The notes under the pieces are model-generated. The model was not told the origin of the DNA and ran no database searches. It saw nothing but the letters and a program-made list of their open reading frames with translations. From IMG/VR virus record IMGVR_UViG_2884371665_000002: 64,000 nt of DNA. The stretch is one strand, 5' to 3'. The translations under genes were made by a program, and so were the position numbers. Positions 1 through 8,873 of the stretch are shown piece after piece; positions within the stretch are counted from its first letter, which is position 1, and every line of letters begins with the position of its first letter. The stretch is from a virus (Duplodnaviria; Caudoviricetes).

Positions 1-8
1 ACCGGGCG

Positions 9-770
9 GTGATTAAGTTCCGCTTGAAGGGAATTGAATTTGGTAACTGGCTAACCAACGAAGATGCCTACAATTACCTGGCTGCTTTAGTGATTGCGCT
101 CAATGATCTAACCAGGATCGTAGGGTACAGTAATATTGGGTTGAATGGTACGATAGGCATTGCCTTTGGTGCCCGTGGCTCCCAACGGGCAGCCGGACAT
201 TTTGAGCCGGATACGTTTATGATCAATTTGACCCGCTATAAACGCTACATCGAAGATCTTTCGGGTAGGCGCATCGATGTGCCTAAGCAGGTAAAGTTCA
301 TGGAAACGGGTGGTGTAGGGGCGCTTGCCCATGAATACGGACACGCCCTGGATTACTTTTTTGGCACGTTCGTCGAGCAAAGCAAGTTTTACCGCTCCCT
401 GACCTACGGTTCTGATACATCACTCATTACCAAGAACATCGACAAAAAAGGCTCACTCAGGTATCAAATGACTGAAATCATCCGGGCCATTCAACAGACC
501 AGATCCTATCGATACATGCGTAAAAGCCTGGTCACGAAAGGGGAATCGGATTCGTACTGGCTTCGGCACAATGAGCTTTGGGCGCGGCTGTTTGAAGTGT
601 GGGTGAACTACAAAATGCGGGAAAAAGGCATTACCAACCGGTTCCTGCACAAAGAGAAATACAAGTCCTTAGCCAAGTCGATCGGCTGTTACCAAACCCA
701 AACCGAATTTTCCAAGATACGGCCGCTGGTGGATCGGCTCATACTTGACATCTCTAAACAGGCTAACTAA
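9..770 (+). CDS. LPD1-like zincin domain protein (large polyvalent protein-associated), possibly 5'-truncated by the window edge
   Basis: Motifs GIEFGNW, GIAFGARG, AGHFEP..INLT and GALAHEYGHALD (HExxH) are typical of LPD1. The reading frame is open to the window edge. Confidence 0.75.
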   Translation: MIKFRLKGIEFGNWLTNEDAYNYLAALVIALNDLTRIVGYSNIGLNGTIGIAFGARGSQRAAGHFEPDTFMINLTRYKRYIEDLSGRRIDVPKQVKFMETGGVGALAHEYGHALDYFFGTFVEQSKFYRSLTYGSDTSLITKNIDKKGSLRYQMTEIIRAIQQTRSYRYMRKSLVTKGESDSYWLRHNELWARLFEVWVNYKMREKGITNRFLHKEKYKSLAKSIGCYQTQTEFSKIRPLVDRLILDISKQAN

Positions 771-776
771 TAAGTT

Positions 777-1265
777 ATGGCAACGACCTATAAAAGTGGT
801 GATATCGTCGGCACCTGGAGTACTAGATATAGAGTAGGTGATGGCATTATTCCCGCACTTGGCCATTGGGTTGATGAAACGTATGTCTGGCGGTTACGCT
901 ATTTGAGCGATGTCAATTTGTGGGTATTGACCGTAAAGAGCAGCCTTTCAACAGCCTGGGATGGAAAGGAGCGGCTACAGAGCGCTACTGACATCAATCA
1001 ATATACCCTTGATCCTGAATTCATCGCGAGTGAATTTGTTCAGAAAAAAATTTTAGCGGATAATGCTGCTTTAGAAAAAGTTCATCTTCAACAAAGTATG
1101 CCTTTATCGGATAGCCAGGTTCAGGATAATACGACCACGCTAACAATAGCCAATTCAACGAAGCCCGAAGTCCCTGACCCTAAACCACGCGTCAACACAA
1201 CGTATCTGCTTATTCTAGCCGCCCTGGTCTTGTTAATTCTGGTCGTAAAACGTAGATCTTCCTAA
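777..1265 (+). CDS. Hypothetical protein with C-terminal transmembrane anchor
   Basis: C-terminus YLLILAALVLLILVVKRRSS is a hydrophobic helix followed by a basic tail. Confidence 0.6.
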   Translation: MATTYKSGDIVGTWSTRYRVGDGIIPALGHWVDETYVWRLRYLSDVNLWVLTVKSSLSTAWDGKERLQSATDINQYTLDPEFIASEFVQKKILADNAALEKVHLQQSMPLSDSQVQDNTTTLTIANSTKPEVPDPKPRVNTTYLLILAALVLLILVVKRRSS

Positions 1266-1268
1266 AGA

Positions 1269-1856
1269 ATGGCTACTACCCCACAATACGCCGAACCGTA
1301 CTATTCAGCCTATATCAATGCAGATTGTAAGGTCATTTCGCCCCTATCGGCTAACTATCACGCGTTGTCAGAAAATTGTCAACAGGTCAATTACCTGATC
1401 GATCAGATCAATAAGCCCTACACCGGCAACAGCAACAGCGAACGGCTAGCCTGGCTAAAACGGAGACAGACGCTCTTAATGCAACGCGCGGTCATTATTA
1501 GCAAAGCATTACGTGATTTAGGGAGTCAGGACGTAATTGATCATACGGCCGTTGATATACGTACGATTAGCCGTTTAGTGGCTAGCCTTTCAAGTGCCTT
1601 GCCTGGTATCGGTACAGCTATCGGGTTGGGGGTTGGTATTGCTGGCCAGGTCATTGGCGGTATAATTGATACGACCAGTGAAAATACGGCTAAACGCAAC
1701 GAAGAAATTGCATACTATCAAGCAGATCTTGCCGGTTTACAGGATATTTTAGAGCAGACTAATCAGGAATATGACCGGCTTAATGTGTTCAATTACCTGC
1801 TTTGGGCTGGCATTGTTGTGCTGGTCTTATTGCTAATCTTTAAGAAAAAGGGTTAG
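1269..1856 (+). CDS. Hypothetical membrane protein with Gly-rich hydrophobic segment and C-terminal TM anchor
   Basis: Central ALPGIGTAIGLGVGIAGQVIGGII; C-terminal YLLWAGIVVLVLLLIFKKKG. Confidence 0.6.
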   Translation: MATTPQYAEPYYSAYINADCKVISPLSANYHALSENCQQVNYLIDQINKPYTGNSNSERLAWLKRRQTLLMQRAVIISKALRDLGSQDVIDHTAVDIRTISRLVASLSSALPGIGTAIGLGVGIAGQVIGGIIDTTSENTAKRNEEIAYYQADLAGLQDILEQTNQEYDRLNVFNYLLWAGIVVLVLLLIFKKKG

Positions 1857-1887
1857 TTTGCTTCTAATATTTTGAATAAGTTGTATA

Positions 1888-1918
1888 AAACCCCGCGCCT
1901 AACTTGGGCGCGGGGTTT
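1888..1918. terminator. Bidirectional intrinsic terminator between convergent genes
   Basis: aaaccccgcgcc-taacttg-ggcgcggggttt inverted repeat. Confidence 0.8.
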
Positions 1919-1923
1919 ATTGT

Positions 1924-2493
1924 TTATTTATTCAACTGCATTGACCGACATTGTCCATTAATAACTGTAATACTTCCCTCCCATTTTGCTGGAATCAATG
2001 CTTTTGACTTAGCAACAAAACTATAACTGCCTTGAGGTAGGGTAACTGTTACAAAACCTTGTTGACCACAGCCAGGAGCACCACCAGAGGTAATATATTG
2101 AGTCATTGTTCCTATTAACTGATTGTTTACAAACACTTCAATGTATGGGCCATTGAAATTTGTCCAGAAAACAACGTTACCCGTAGTAGGCAGATTTCGG
2201 ATTTGAATAGTTCTAACAGCACTATCGGTACCGCCTTCACCTTTGGCTATTAGAGTTACATTGTAATCGCCATTATTCGAGAAATCTATGATTGGTGATT
2301 GGTCGATAGTTGTACGCCCGTCACTAACTATCCATTGAAAAGAAGACGCATTCTTTGAATCATTATTTAGCCAGACTCGACCATTAGCCTGATAGTTTAT
2401 TGAAAAGGCGGCAATGGGTTTTGGGGGTGGATCATTCTTTTTACAACTGGCAAAAAGTAGTGTAATGATGAACAGTAAACAGATCTTTTTCAT
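1924..2493 (-). CDS. PKD-domain lipoprotein (possible superinfection-exclusion or surface moron)
   Basis: Lipoprotein signal LLFASC; PKD-like segment PIAAFS...NASSFQW...GDYNVTLIAKGEGGTDS. Confidence 0.7.
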   Translation of the reverse strand: MKKICLLFIITLLFASCKKNDPPPKPIAAFSINYQANGRVWLNNDSKNASSFQWIVSDGRTTIDQSPIIDFSNNGDYNVTLIAKGEGGTDSAVRTIQIRNLPTTGNVVFWTNFNGPYIEVFVNNQLIGTMTQYITSGGAPGCGQQGFVTVTLPQGSYSFVAKSKALIPAKWEGSITVINGQCRSMQLNK

Positions 2494-2712
2494 AGTAAAC
2501 GGTGGTTTAAACTGAGCACAATAGTAAGAATTTGTAAATACATTTTAAAGACGTATTTACAATACATTGTTAAACAGAATAATCTTCGGTGTTGAATTGT
2601 AAATTCCTGCTCGAGCCTGGTTGATATCGCTCGGATTCGGGCCTGATCAGCCGCCGGCACCGGCTAAATTTTAGTTCTTCTCCAAAGATTATTCTGTTTG
2701 AAGGTTATCAGC

Positions 2713-3993
2713 TTAAGACTCTGAAACCGGATCTGGTTGCAAATTCATTTCCCGGATCATTCGCCGTTCGTCAATATGAGCGTAGTGCTTCAAATATTCT
2801 ATTGAACTTAATCCCATCATTCGAGCCGTCGTGTGTACGTCAGTGGCATGTTCGTTCAAATTATGGTCGGCAAACGTCTTTCGGGCTGACTTAGTGGTCA
2901 ACGTTTTATGAAACCCTAAATAGGCTGAAATCAGCGTAAGACCGTCGTTAAACTGCGTCAGCGAGCAGGTCGGTAGTTTATCAAACCCGCCGTATTTTTC
3001 TGCCAGGCTAAAGTTTATTGGCTTGAGTGGGGCTATCAAATACTTTTTGGTTTTCTTCCGTTTCATCCGAATGAACGAAACGCCCGATACCACCCGCAAA
3101 TAGCTTGATGGAGCAGCCACAAACTGTTTATATTCGGCGTGGTGGGTGCCAATCTGCTGCATAAAAATATAGGCATCCCGCAACCGTTCCAGTCGAACAG
3201 CCCGCTCGGGCTTGATGGACAATGAATGAAAATTGAAGGTTTGGAGCAGAGCCAGCTCATCGGGATAAAGAAAGACCATATCGTCAGGATCAGGTTCGTC
3301 TTTTTCCACCTTGTAGGGTTTAATGGAATTACTCCGAACGGCCTTTTTGAGCACGGCATAATCAAGCAGACTTTTGATGTAATACAGATGCTTTCCCAGA
3401 TAATTGATCGCAAATTTGCGTTGCCCCCACGCTTTAAACTCATTGAGCCAGGCTTCGTCAATCTCATCAATATAAGCCCTGGTCTGCTTGCTGTCGACCA
3501 GGTAGTCCAGGATATTGTTGGTGTATTTCTGGTAGGCTTCGTAGGTATCACCGCTAATTACATCTTTACTGGTGGCCAACTCGTCAGGGTCATCGCTAAT
3601 CCGTTCTTCGTGCTGCTTTAATAACCGTTCCAGCATGGTCTGAATGGTGTAGCGGACTCGCTTTTGCCCTCGATACACTTCCAGAACTTGTTGGGCGGTG
3701 ACGTGTACGTCGTCCTGGTCTAATAGATTGAAGGCTTTTTTTAGCTTCACCTTCATTCGCTCGAGCAATTGATTGTCCAGATCAGCCGTGGGTGCAGCAT
3801 CAGTAACTTTCTGTTTTGCCTGGTTCCAGTGCCTGGGGTTTACCTTGACATTGGTTGAAATGTCAGCCGTGTAGGTGTTGACCGTGATTCGGGCATAAAG
3901 AGCCACTTCAGCCGGTTTCGGCTTGCCCCGTTTGGAAGGTCGGTAATTGCGTCTGAGTTTGAACAGAACCTGCATTCGATTTTGGTAAAACAT
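2713..3993 (-). CDS. int: Tyrosine recombinase/integrase (Bacteroidota type: arm-binding, SAM-like and catalytic domains) with an atypical catalytic motif
   Basis: N-terminal LYARITVN...ISTNVKV...WNQ arm domain; C-terminal LTTKSARKTFA and KHYA boxes. Confidence 0.85.
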   Translation of the reverse strand: MFYQNRMQVLFKLRRNYRPSKRGKPKPAEVALYARITVNTYTADISTNVKVNPRHWNQAKQKVTDAAPTADLDNQLLERMKVKLKKAFNLLDQDDVHVTAQQVLEVYRGQKRVRYTIQTMLERLLKQHEERISDDPDELATSKDVISGDTYEAYQKYTNNILDYLVDSKQTRAYIDEIDEAWLNEFKAWGQRKFAINYLGKHLYYIKSLLDYAVLKKAVRSNSIKPYKVEKDEPDPDDMVFLYPDELALLQTFNFHSLSIKPERAVRLERLRDAYIFMQQIGTHHAEYKQFVAAPSSYLRVVSGVSFIRMKRKKTKKYLIAPLKPINFSLAEKYGGFDKLPTCSLTQFNDGLTLISAYLGFHKTLTTKSARKTFADHNLNEHATDVHTTARMMGLSSIEYLKHYAHIDERRMIREMNLQPDPVSES

Positions 3994-4200
3994 AGCTCAC
4001 GCCTGTTTGGTGAGCTATTGCACATACATTAATGATACTTAAATACAAAAATTAAATACTTATTTAATTCATTATTTTTAACTAATCGTGCACTAAAAGA
4101 TCATGGGTTGTGTACCCGGTCATCCTAAGTGGTGACCCCGGATTTGTACCCGTTTCGTAAGTAGTATGAAAACCAGAAAGTTAGAAGGGGTTATAAACGC

Positions 4201-4231
4201 AAAAAACCAGTTCGCTTTCTAGGCTAACTGG
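4201..4231 (-). terminator. Intrinsic terminator downstream of the tRNA 3' fragment
   Basis: Minus strand ccagtt...aactgg stem followed by T6. Confidence 0.6.
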
Positions 4232-4256
4232 CTTTCCCAAGTAATTCCCGTAAGGG

Positions 4257-4281
4257 GTGGCAGAGAGCGAGGGATTGAACC
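4257..4281 (-). other. att core candidate: 3' end of a tRNA (Ser-like), T-loop to CCA
   Basis: Minus strand GGTTCAATCCCTCGCTCTCTGCCA, with no D-arm or anticodon arm upstream. It sits between cI and int. Confidence 0.7.
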
Positions 4282-4340
4282 TCTACTATCTAATAATCTG
4301 ATTGTTACCGTGTTAAGCACATAGCTCAACGGGGTGATGC

Positions 4341-4847
4341 CTACTTTGAAGCCAGAGGTATATGCGTTCTAAAAGCATACGGTGCATTGACTAAACTTAA
4401 TCCAAGTCTGTTCATAGCAAGTAATGCATTTTCGACTACTGCCTCATAACCTAAAGTCGGTTGATTGGTATCACCCTCAGACTTTCCCAGTACTGATTCA
4501 AGCATCCGCTGAAGACCATCAATCTGTCGATTCTTAGTGCGAATTTCTTCTTCAAAGAAATGTCTTAACTCACCGATGTCTTCAGCCATCTTTTTTGCTA
4601 TCTGATCGCCAAACGTTTCTTTGGGAATATCATTTTTTGTGGTGCTTGGCCCATCACCATAAAAATATGACACTGGCACCTCTAAGAACTCTGCAATCTG
4701 TGCCAGTTTGATAGCCGAAATTGTGTTGTTCTTGAGCATCGCATCAAATCCTTGGCCGGTCATTTTGAGATGCTCAAATAGGCTTTTCTTCGTTCTCCGC
4801 CTTTCCTCGAGCAGTTTTTCAATAGACTCCCTAAAATTATATTCCAT
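4341..4847 (-). CDS. CI-like HTH (Cro/C1) repressor without an S24 peptidase domain
   Basis: N-terminal HTH ...LKNNTISAIKLAQIAEFLEVPVSYFYG; divergent from the early operon. Confidence 0.8.
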   Translation of the reverse strand: MEYNFRESIEKLLEERRRTKKSLFEHLKMTGQGFDAMLKNNTISAIKLAQIAEFLEVPVSYFYGDGPSTTKNDIPKETFGDQIAKKMAEDIGELRHFFEEEIRTKNRQIDGLQRMLESVLGKSEGDTNQPTLGYEAVVENALLAMNRLGLSLVNAPYAFRTHIPLASK

Positions 4848-4898
4848 TGGAAATCAAGTTATTGTGAAACTAACACCCAAAATATTAACTTTTTAATG

Positions 4899-4958
4899 AA
4901 TATATATTTGGTTTTAAAACCAAATATATATTAGTATTGCAGTACAAATATTTGTACT
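4899..4958. promoter_or_regulatory. Palindromic operator candidates in the cI/cro intergenic region
   Basis: Perfect 34-bp palindrome aatatatatttggttttaaaaccaaatatatatt (4899-4932) and perfect 18-bp palindrome agtacaaatatttgtact (4941-4958). Confidence 0.6.
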
Positions 4959-5063
4959 AAGAATTGCAAATTATTGTACTCAGCACAAAATCTTGTGTTC
5001 TATAACACAAAAATTGGTGTTGGCAACTACAAAAACAAGTAATGCCTATTACTAAAATCGGTA

Positions 5064-5330
5064 ATGTGTATGGCAACAATGGAAAAAGTGCCTGTTGGAA
5101 AGAACCCTCTGTGGCTTAAATACAAAATGGCCAACCCAATTGTACGGGCAGAAGTAATTCTTGAATTGAAAAAACGGAATGTTTATCGGCATTGGCAGAC
5201 GGTAGCTTGTAAAGAAGGCTATGACCTTGAAAGAAAAGCGAATGCTCAATTGAGAGACATCTTTATAAAACTGATGCCAGAAACAGCTCCGCTTTTCGGT
5301 GTGACAATCGACCAAGCCCTACATCATTAG
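5064..5330 (+). CDS. Small basic protein at the Cro position
   Basis: First gene divergent from cI; 88 aa. Confidence 0.5.
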   Translation: MCMATMEKVPVGKNPLWLKYKMANPIVRAEVILELKKRNVYRHWQTVACKEGYDLERKANAQLRDIFIKLMPETAPLFGVTIDQALHH

Positions 5331-5396
5331 ACGATTATTGGTTAATAGGCGTCATATGCTTTTTGTGATTTTTAATTCCTAAATATTTCCACCCCG

Positions 5397-5708
5397 ATGA
5401 AAACCTTGATTTTACCCCTTCTGTATGCTGCTCTGGCAGCCTGCAACCCTAAGCAAACCAAATCGGACTTGGCACCAGCGCCAGTATCTGATTCCCTTTA
5501 TATAGCTGGCTGTATGGGGCCAGCCGAAATTCACGTTTCGGTGCTCGTGGCAAGAGCCAAGCTCACTACTTACAACGTGGGCGATACACTTCAGTGCTCT
5601 CCTCCTCAGGGTGATCCCGATCGGATGGGTATTGTCTTCGTCGAGGATGCCCAGGGTGCATTTCCCGTAGTCATCAAGTCTTTAAACCTGCATAACCATG
5701 GCAACTAG
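5397..5708 (+). CDS. Hypothetical lipoprotein
   Basis: Lipobox AALAAC. Confidence 0.55.
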   Translation: MKTLILPLLYAALAACNPKQTKSDLAPAPVSDSLYIAGCMGPAEIHVSVLVARAKLTTYNVGDTLQCSPPQGDPDRMGIVFVEDAQGAFPVVIKSLNLHNHGN

Positions 5709-6069
5709 TCTACCCAATCAGTTGATGCTGCCGATTCTTTACCGGGAACATCAGCGAGTTAAGCTGCTCAAGGATCAATACCAAGTCAGCAGACGAGCTG
5801 GCTCCCAAGGCTTTTTTGCCCAAAGTCCGAAGCGGGTACGGATTGTCCCGATAAGCGATATGATTACTCAGGTGCAGCAGGGCTTTAGCCATCAACCGGA
5901 TCACTTGTCTCTTGGTCTGCTCACGGATGGCAATACTGACCAGCTTGTCATTTCGCTCGTGTTCAACCAAAATCCAGAATCCATCAGCACGCTCGGCAAG
6001 GGTTCTCTGGTTGACATAAGCGTCCCCCAGGCCACGCAGAATAAGCAGTTCATAGGTGGTAGCGTATGA
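5698..6069 (+). CDS. Hypothetical phage early protein
   Basis: Overlaps its neighbours in an operon-like run. Confidence 0.5.
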   Translation: MATSLPNQLMLPILYREHQRVKLLKDQYQVSRRAGSQGFFAQSPKRVRIVPISDMITQVQQGFSHQPDHLSLGLLTDGNTDQLVISLVFNQNPESISTLGKGSLVDISVPQATQNKQFIGGSV

Positions 6070-6422
6070 GCGTAATTCATCGTCAGTCATATCGCTGGAT
6101 TTATAAATATAGTGGACGACAAATGTATATATCTATGCCAAGTGTGCCAAACAGAAATCCACTCTTTCAATTGCTGCGGCAATTGCCAAAGCCCATTGGC
6201 TGGCAAAAGCGGAGAGCGATCAAAGCGGACCTGGTAGCACTTGGCAAGTGGGAGCATTATCGCCAGCGTGTGTTGCGCTCAGAGTGGAAACTGGGCAATA
6301 CGCACATCGCCTGTGCTGCCGTATTGGTCAGGCAATTGGGCATCAGTTACTCGTTTTTTACGGATTCTGCTCAGCAGCAACAGCAGGAGGTCGAGCAGAT
6401 TTTATCCTCATATCAACACTAA
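6066..6422 (+). CDS. Hypothetical phage early protein
   Basis: ATGA overlap with the previous ORF. Confidence 0.5.
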   Translation: MSVIHRQSYRWIYKYSGRQMYISMPSVPNRNPLFQLLRQLPKPIGWQKRRAIKADLVALGKWEHYRQRVLRSEWKLGNTHIACAAVLVRQLGISYSFFTDSAQQQQQEVEQILSSYQH

Positions 6423-6435
6423 ACCGACCTTCCAG

Positions 6436-6642
6436 ATGATCTCATCACTTCAATCAGAACAACGTTTTTTGGAACATATTCAGACCACACCCGAAATCGG
6501 CATCTGTTTTCGAGATTCTGAGAACAAGTTGTTGATCCAAATTTTTATCGATGATCCCGCGCTCCGGGAAGCCATCCTCGAATACCAGTCGCAACGGGTT
6601 CGGGAACTTGAGTGCTCTGCTGGTCAAGCAGTTGGCCGCTAA
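6436..6642 (+). CDS. Hypothetical phage early protein (probable ATG start at 6436)
   Basis: In-frame ATG within ORF 6241..6642, just after the stop of the upstream gene. Confidence 0.45.
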   Translation: MISSLQSEQRFLEHIQTTPEIGICFRDSENKLLIQIFIDDPALREAILEYQSQRVRELECSAGQAVGR

Positions 6643-6698
6643 TTGTGTATTACCGCTCGGCGGACCGTCAATTTTCATATCATATATCAATTTGTAAA

Positions 6699-7232
6699 AT
6701 GGAAGCACAAGTTAAATCACATCCGTCACGGGCCATAGGCCTAGTCGCACAGTTACTCACCCGGATCACACCGGAACCTGTTCAACCACGGCCAAAGCCG
6801 GCAACAAATCAGCATTACAATGTGGCGCTCGACGTCGATTACCAATGCCTACTGGGATACTACCTGTTGCACCAGTTAATGATTAAGGATTACGCCCAGA
6901 TTAGGGCGACTCCACCCTTGGGCTACACGCCCTTTGATATTACACTACCAGAGCTGCTCAAGCTGCAGGCAGTACTCCCCTGCCGCGATCCGGACAATAC
7001 GCTCCATAGCGATCATGCACAACTGATTCTTAATCCCGAACAGTATCGAATTCTTAGAAAATACCTGGGCAAGGAATTGCGCTGGCTGGCCACGCATGGC
7101 ACAAGCCGATTGAAAGATATTTCAGTGTACACCCTGCAGATGGCCTTAATGGCTGTCATGGAGGCTACCCTGAAGCGAGTGACTAAAATTTTAACCTGGG
7201 ATGAGCTATGCAAATACAAACAACCAAGTTGA
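6699..7232 (+). CDS. Hypothetical phage protein (probable ATG start at 6699)
   Basis: AT-rich initiation region precedes ATG 6699. Confidence 0.5.
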   Translation: MEAQVKSHPSRAIGLVAQLLTRITPEPVQPRPKPATNQHYNVALDVDYQCLLGYYLLHQLMIKDYAQIRATPPLGYTPFDITLPELLKLQAVLPCRDPDNTLHSDHAQLILNPEQYRILRKYLGKELRWLATHGTSRLKDISVYTLQMALMAVMEATLKRVTKILTWDELCKYKQPS

Positions 7233-7359
7233 TTGACTGGCTGCAACTGCACGTGCAGTATGTATACTTCACTTTGACGATGGCCCTGATTCTGCTGGCC
7301 ATCAAACTGGTTGCCCCTGCTCGAACGAAAGATCATCCTACTAAACCACGTCGATCGCC

Positions 7360-7605
7360 ATGAGTATACAGCAGATCCTGGACAGTGGCCAGGTCGATAA
7401 CAATGCGGAGACATCTGTGCTCGAGGCTGCACAGGGCATGATCGAGTTTCAGCTGGGCGAACTAAAAGCGAGCAGCTGGGGAGCAATGGGCATGGCCCGG
7501 ATCAAACAGCTGACGGATCTCCAGGCCAAAATACAATCAATTTTAAACGGCCGGCGTGGTATCGACGGCATGACTCTTCTGTCAGATGGACCATCGGATT
7601 TTTAA
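7360..7605 (+). CDS. Hypothetical phage protein
   Basis: ORF in the early operon. Confidence 0.45.
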   Translation: MSIQQILDSGQVDNNAETSVLEAAQGMIEFQLGELKASSWGAMGMARIKQLTDLQAKIQSILNGRRGIDGMTLLSDGPSDF

Positions 7606-7867
7606 CCTGGGCGAAAAGGTAATCCTGCTCGATCGAATGGAAGAGGAAGACGGCCGCTGGCAGGTCATGATCAGCACGTACGTCACCATCCAATACCGGT
7701 TTGACGAGTGGGCCTATTTCGATCAGCCTGAAATGGCCAGGCAATTTATTGTCGACTATTCAGAGCACGCCGCTATGCAGTTTCTCGAATTCGCCAAGGA
7801 AAGATGGCAATTGATCTGCGCCAGGCAACGGATCATGCAACCTTACCCAGCGCTGAATGCCAATTGA
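7586..7867 (+). CDS. Hypothetical phage protein
   Basis: Overlaps ORFs on both sides. Confidence 0.5.
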   Translation: MDHRIFNLGEKVILLDRMEEEDGRWQVMISTYVTIQYRFDEWAYFDQPEMARQFIVDYSEHAAMQFLEFAKERWQLICARQRIMQPYPALNAN

Positions 7868-8204
7868 TCGCAAACGCTACCCGCCGGACTGGAAGCAGAT
7901 CAGCAAACGAATCCGATTCGATCGGGCGGGTGGGCGTTGCGAAGTAAAAGGATGCGGAGCCGTGCATGGCGAACCCTATCCAATCACAGGCAAAATAGTC
8001 AGGCTTCAGACGGCCCATTTAAACCGGTTGCCTGAAGAAACGACGGACGAGAACTTGATGGCGATGTGCGCGCGGTGCCACTTTGCTTACGATCGGGCAG
8101 ACAACATCTGGAAAATGAAGTATGGCAAATTAGCCAAACTGCTTCCCCAGCTGCCCTTCGGTGGTAACGAAAACAGCCCGCTACCAGGTGGAAACGAGCT
8201 GTAA
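7857..8204 (+). CDS. HNH endonuclease-like Zn-finger protein
   Basis: YPPDWKQIS..IR..RAGGRCE..C...LQTAHLN...DENLMAMCARCH pattern. Confidence 0.75.
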   Translation: MPIDRKRYPPDWKQISKRIRFDRAGGRCEVKGCGAVHGEPYPITGKIVRLQTAHLNRLPEETTDENLMAMCARCHFAYDRADNIWKMKYGKLAKLLPQLPFGGNENSPLPGGNEL

Positions 8205-8266
8205 GTATCATATATCAAAATTGTGATAGAAGCATCACAGCGCAAACTTAACGCAAAATTGGTCAT

Positions 8267-8671
8267 ATGCTGACACAGATCTTCACCGAGGAACAACTGG
8301 AAGAACTGCTCTATATTCCCAAGTACCTGGGCGAGCCGTTTTATCCCGGTGGGTTCCCGTTCCAGCCAGACAGTTTCAGCCTGTCTACCGAGATAGGCAT
8401 GCCGTCTAAGTCGATCCGGGAGCGGATCAATGAGTACTATCGGGTTTGCGTTACAGAAGAAGGCAAATTACTGCCTGAGCCTCCGCTATCGGACGACGAC
8501 TTTCAGGTTTTGCGCCAGTGGGCGATATACCTAGTACATGCGCCGATCTGGACTTTGCACGCTACTGAGGAATTTGAGCAGTTGAAAGCGCAGGCCCTGG
8601 CAGTGACCAATTGGGCCGAACTCGATGAGGTTGCGCACCTGGCATTAGACTTTGGTTTAGACCCTTTGTGA
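8267..8671 (+). CDS. Hypothetical phage protein
   Basis: ORF in the early operon. Confidence 0.5.
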   Translation: MLTQIFTEEQLEELLYIPKYLGEPFYPGGFPFQPDSFSLSTEIGMPSKSIRERINEYYRVCVTEEGKLLPEPPLSDDDFQVLRQWAIYLVHAPIWTLHATEEFEQLKAQALAVTNWAELDEVAHLALDFGLDPL

Positions 8672-8672
8672 T

Positions 8673-8873
8673 ATGGTTACACTAACAGAATTCGCGGCCT
8701 CGGTCAGCAAAATGCGGAAAGCCCAGAAGGATTACTTCCGCCTTAAAACGAACCAGAAGCTTTCGGAAGCCAAAACGGTTGAGGCTGAGGTCGACCGGCT
8801 CCTGGGCGAACTGGCACCCAATAACGTAGCTGTACGTGCTGATTTAGGGCAGCAGGCGAGGCTGTTCTCATGA
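8673..8873 (+). CDS. Small phage hypothetical protein
   Basis: MRKAQKDYF...EAEVD motif recalls small Bacteroidota phage proteins. Confidence 0.5.
   Translation: MVTLTEFAASVSKMRKAQKDYFRLKTNQKLSEAKTVEAEVDRLLGELAPNNVAVRADLGQQARLFS

Noticed and set aside
2532-2562. Inverted repeat ttgtaaatac-N11-gtatttacaa upstream of the PKD lipoprotein
   Set aside because: It could be an operator, but it is a single AT-rich instance with no second copy or cognate regulator identified.
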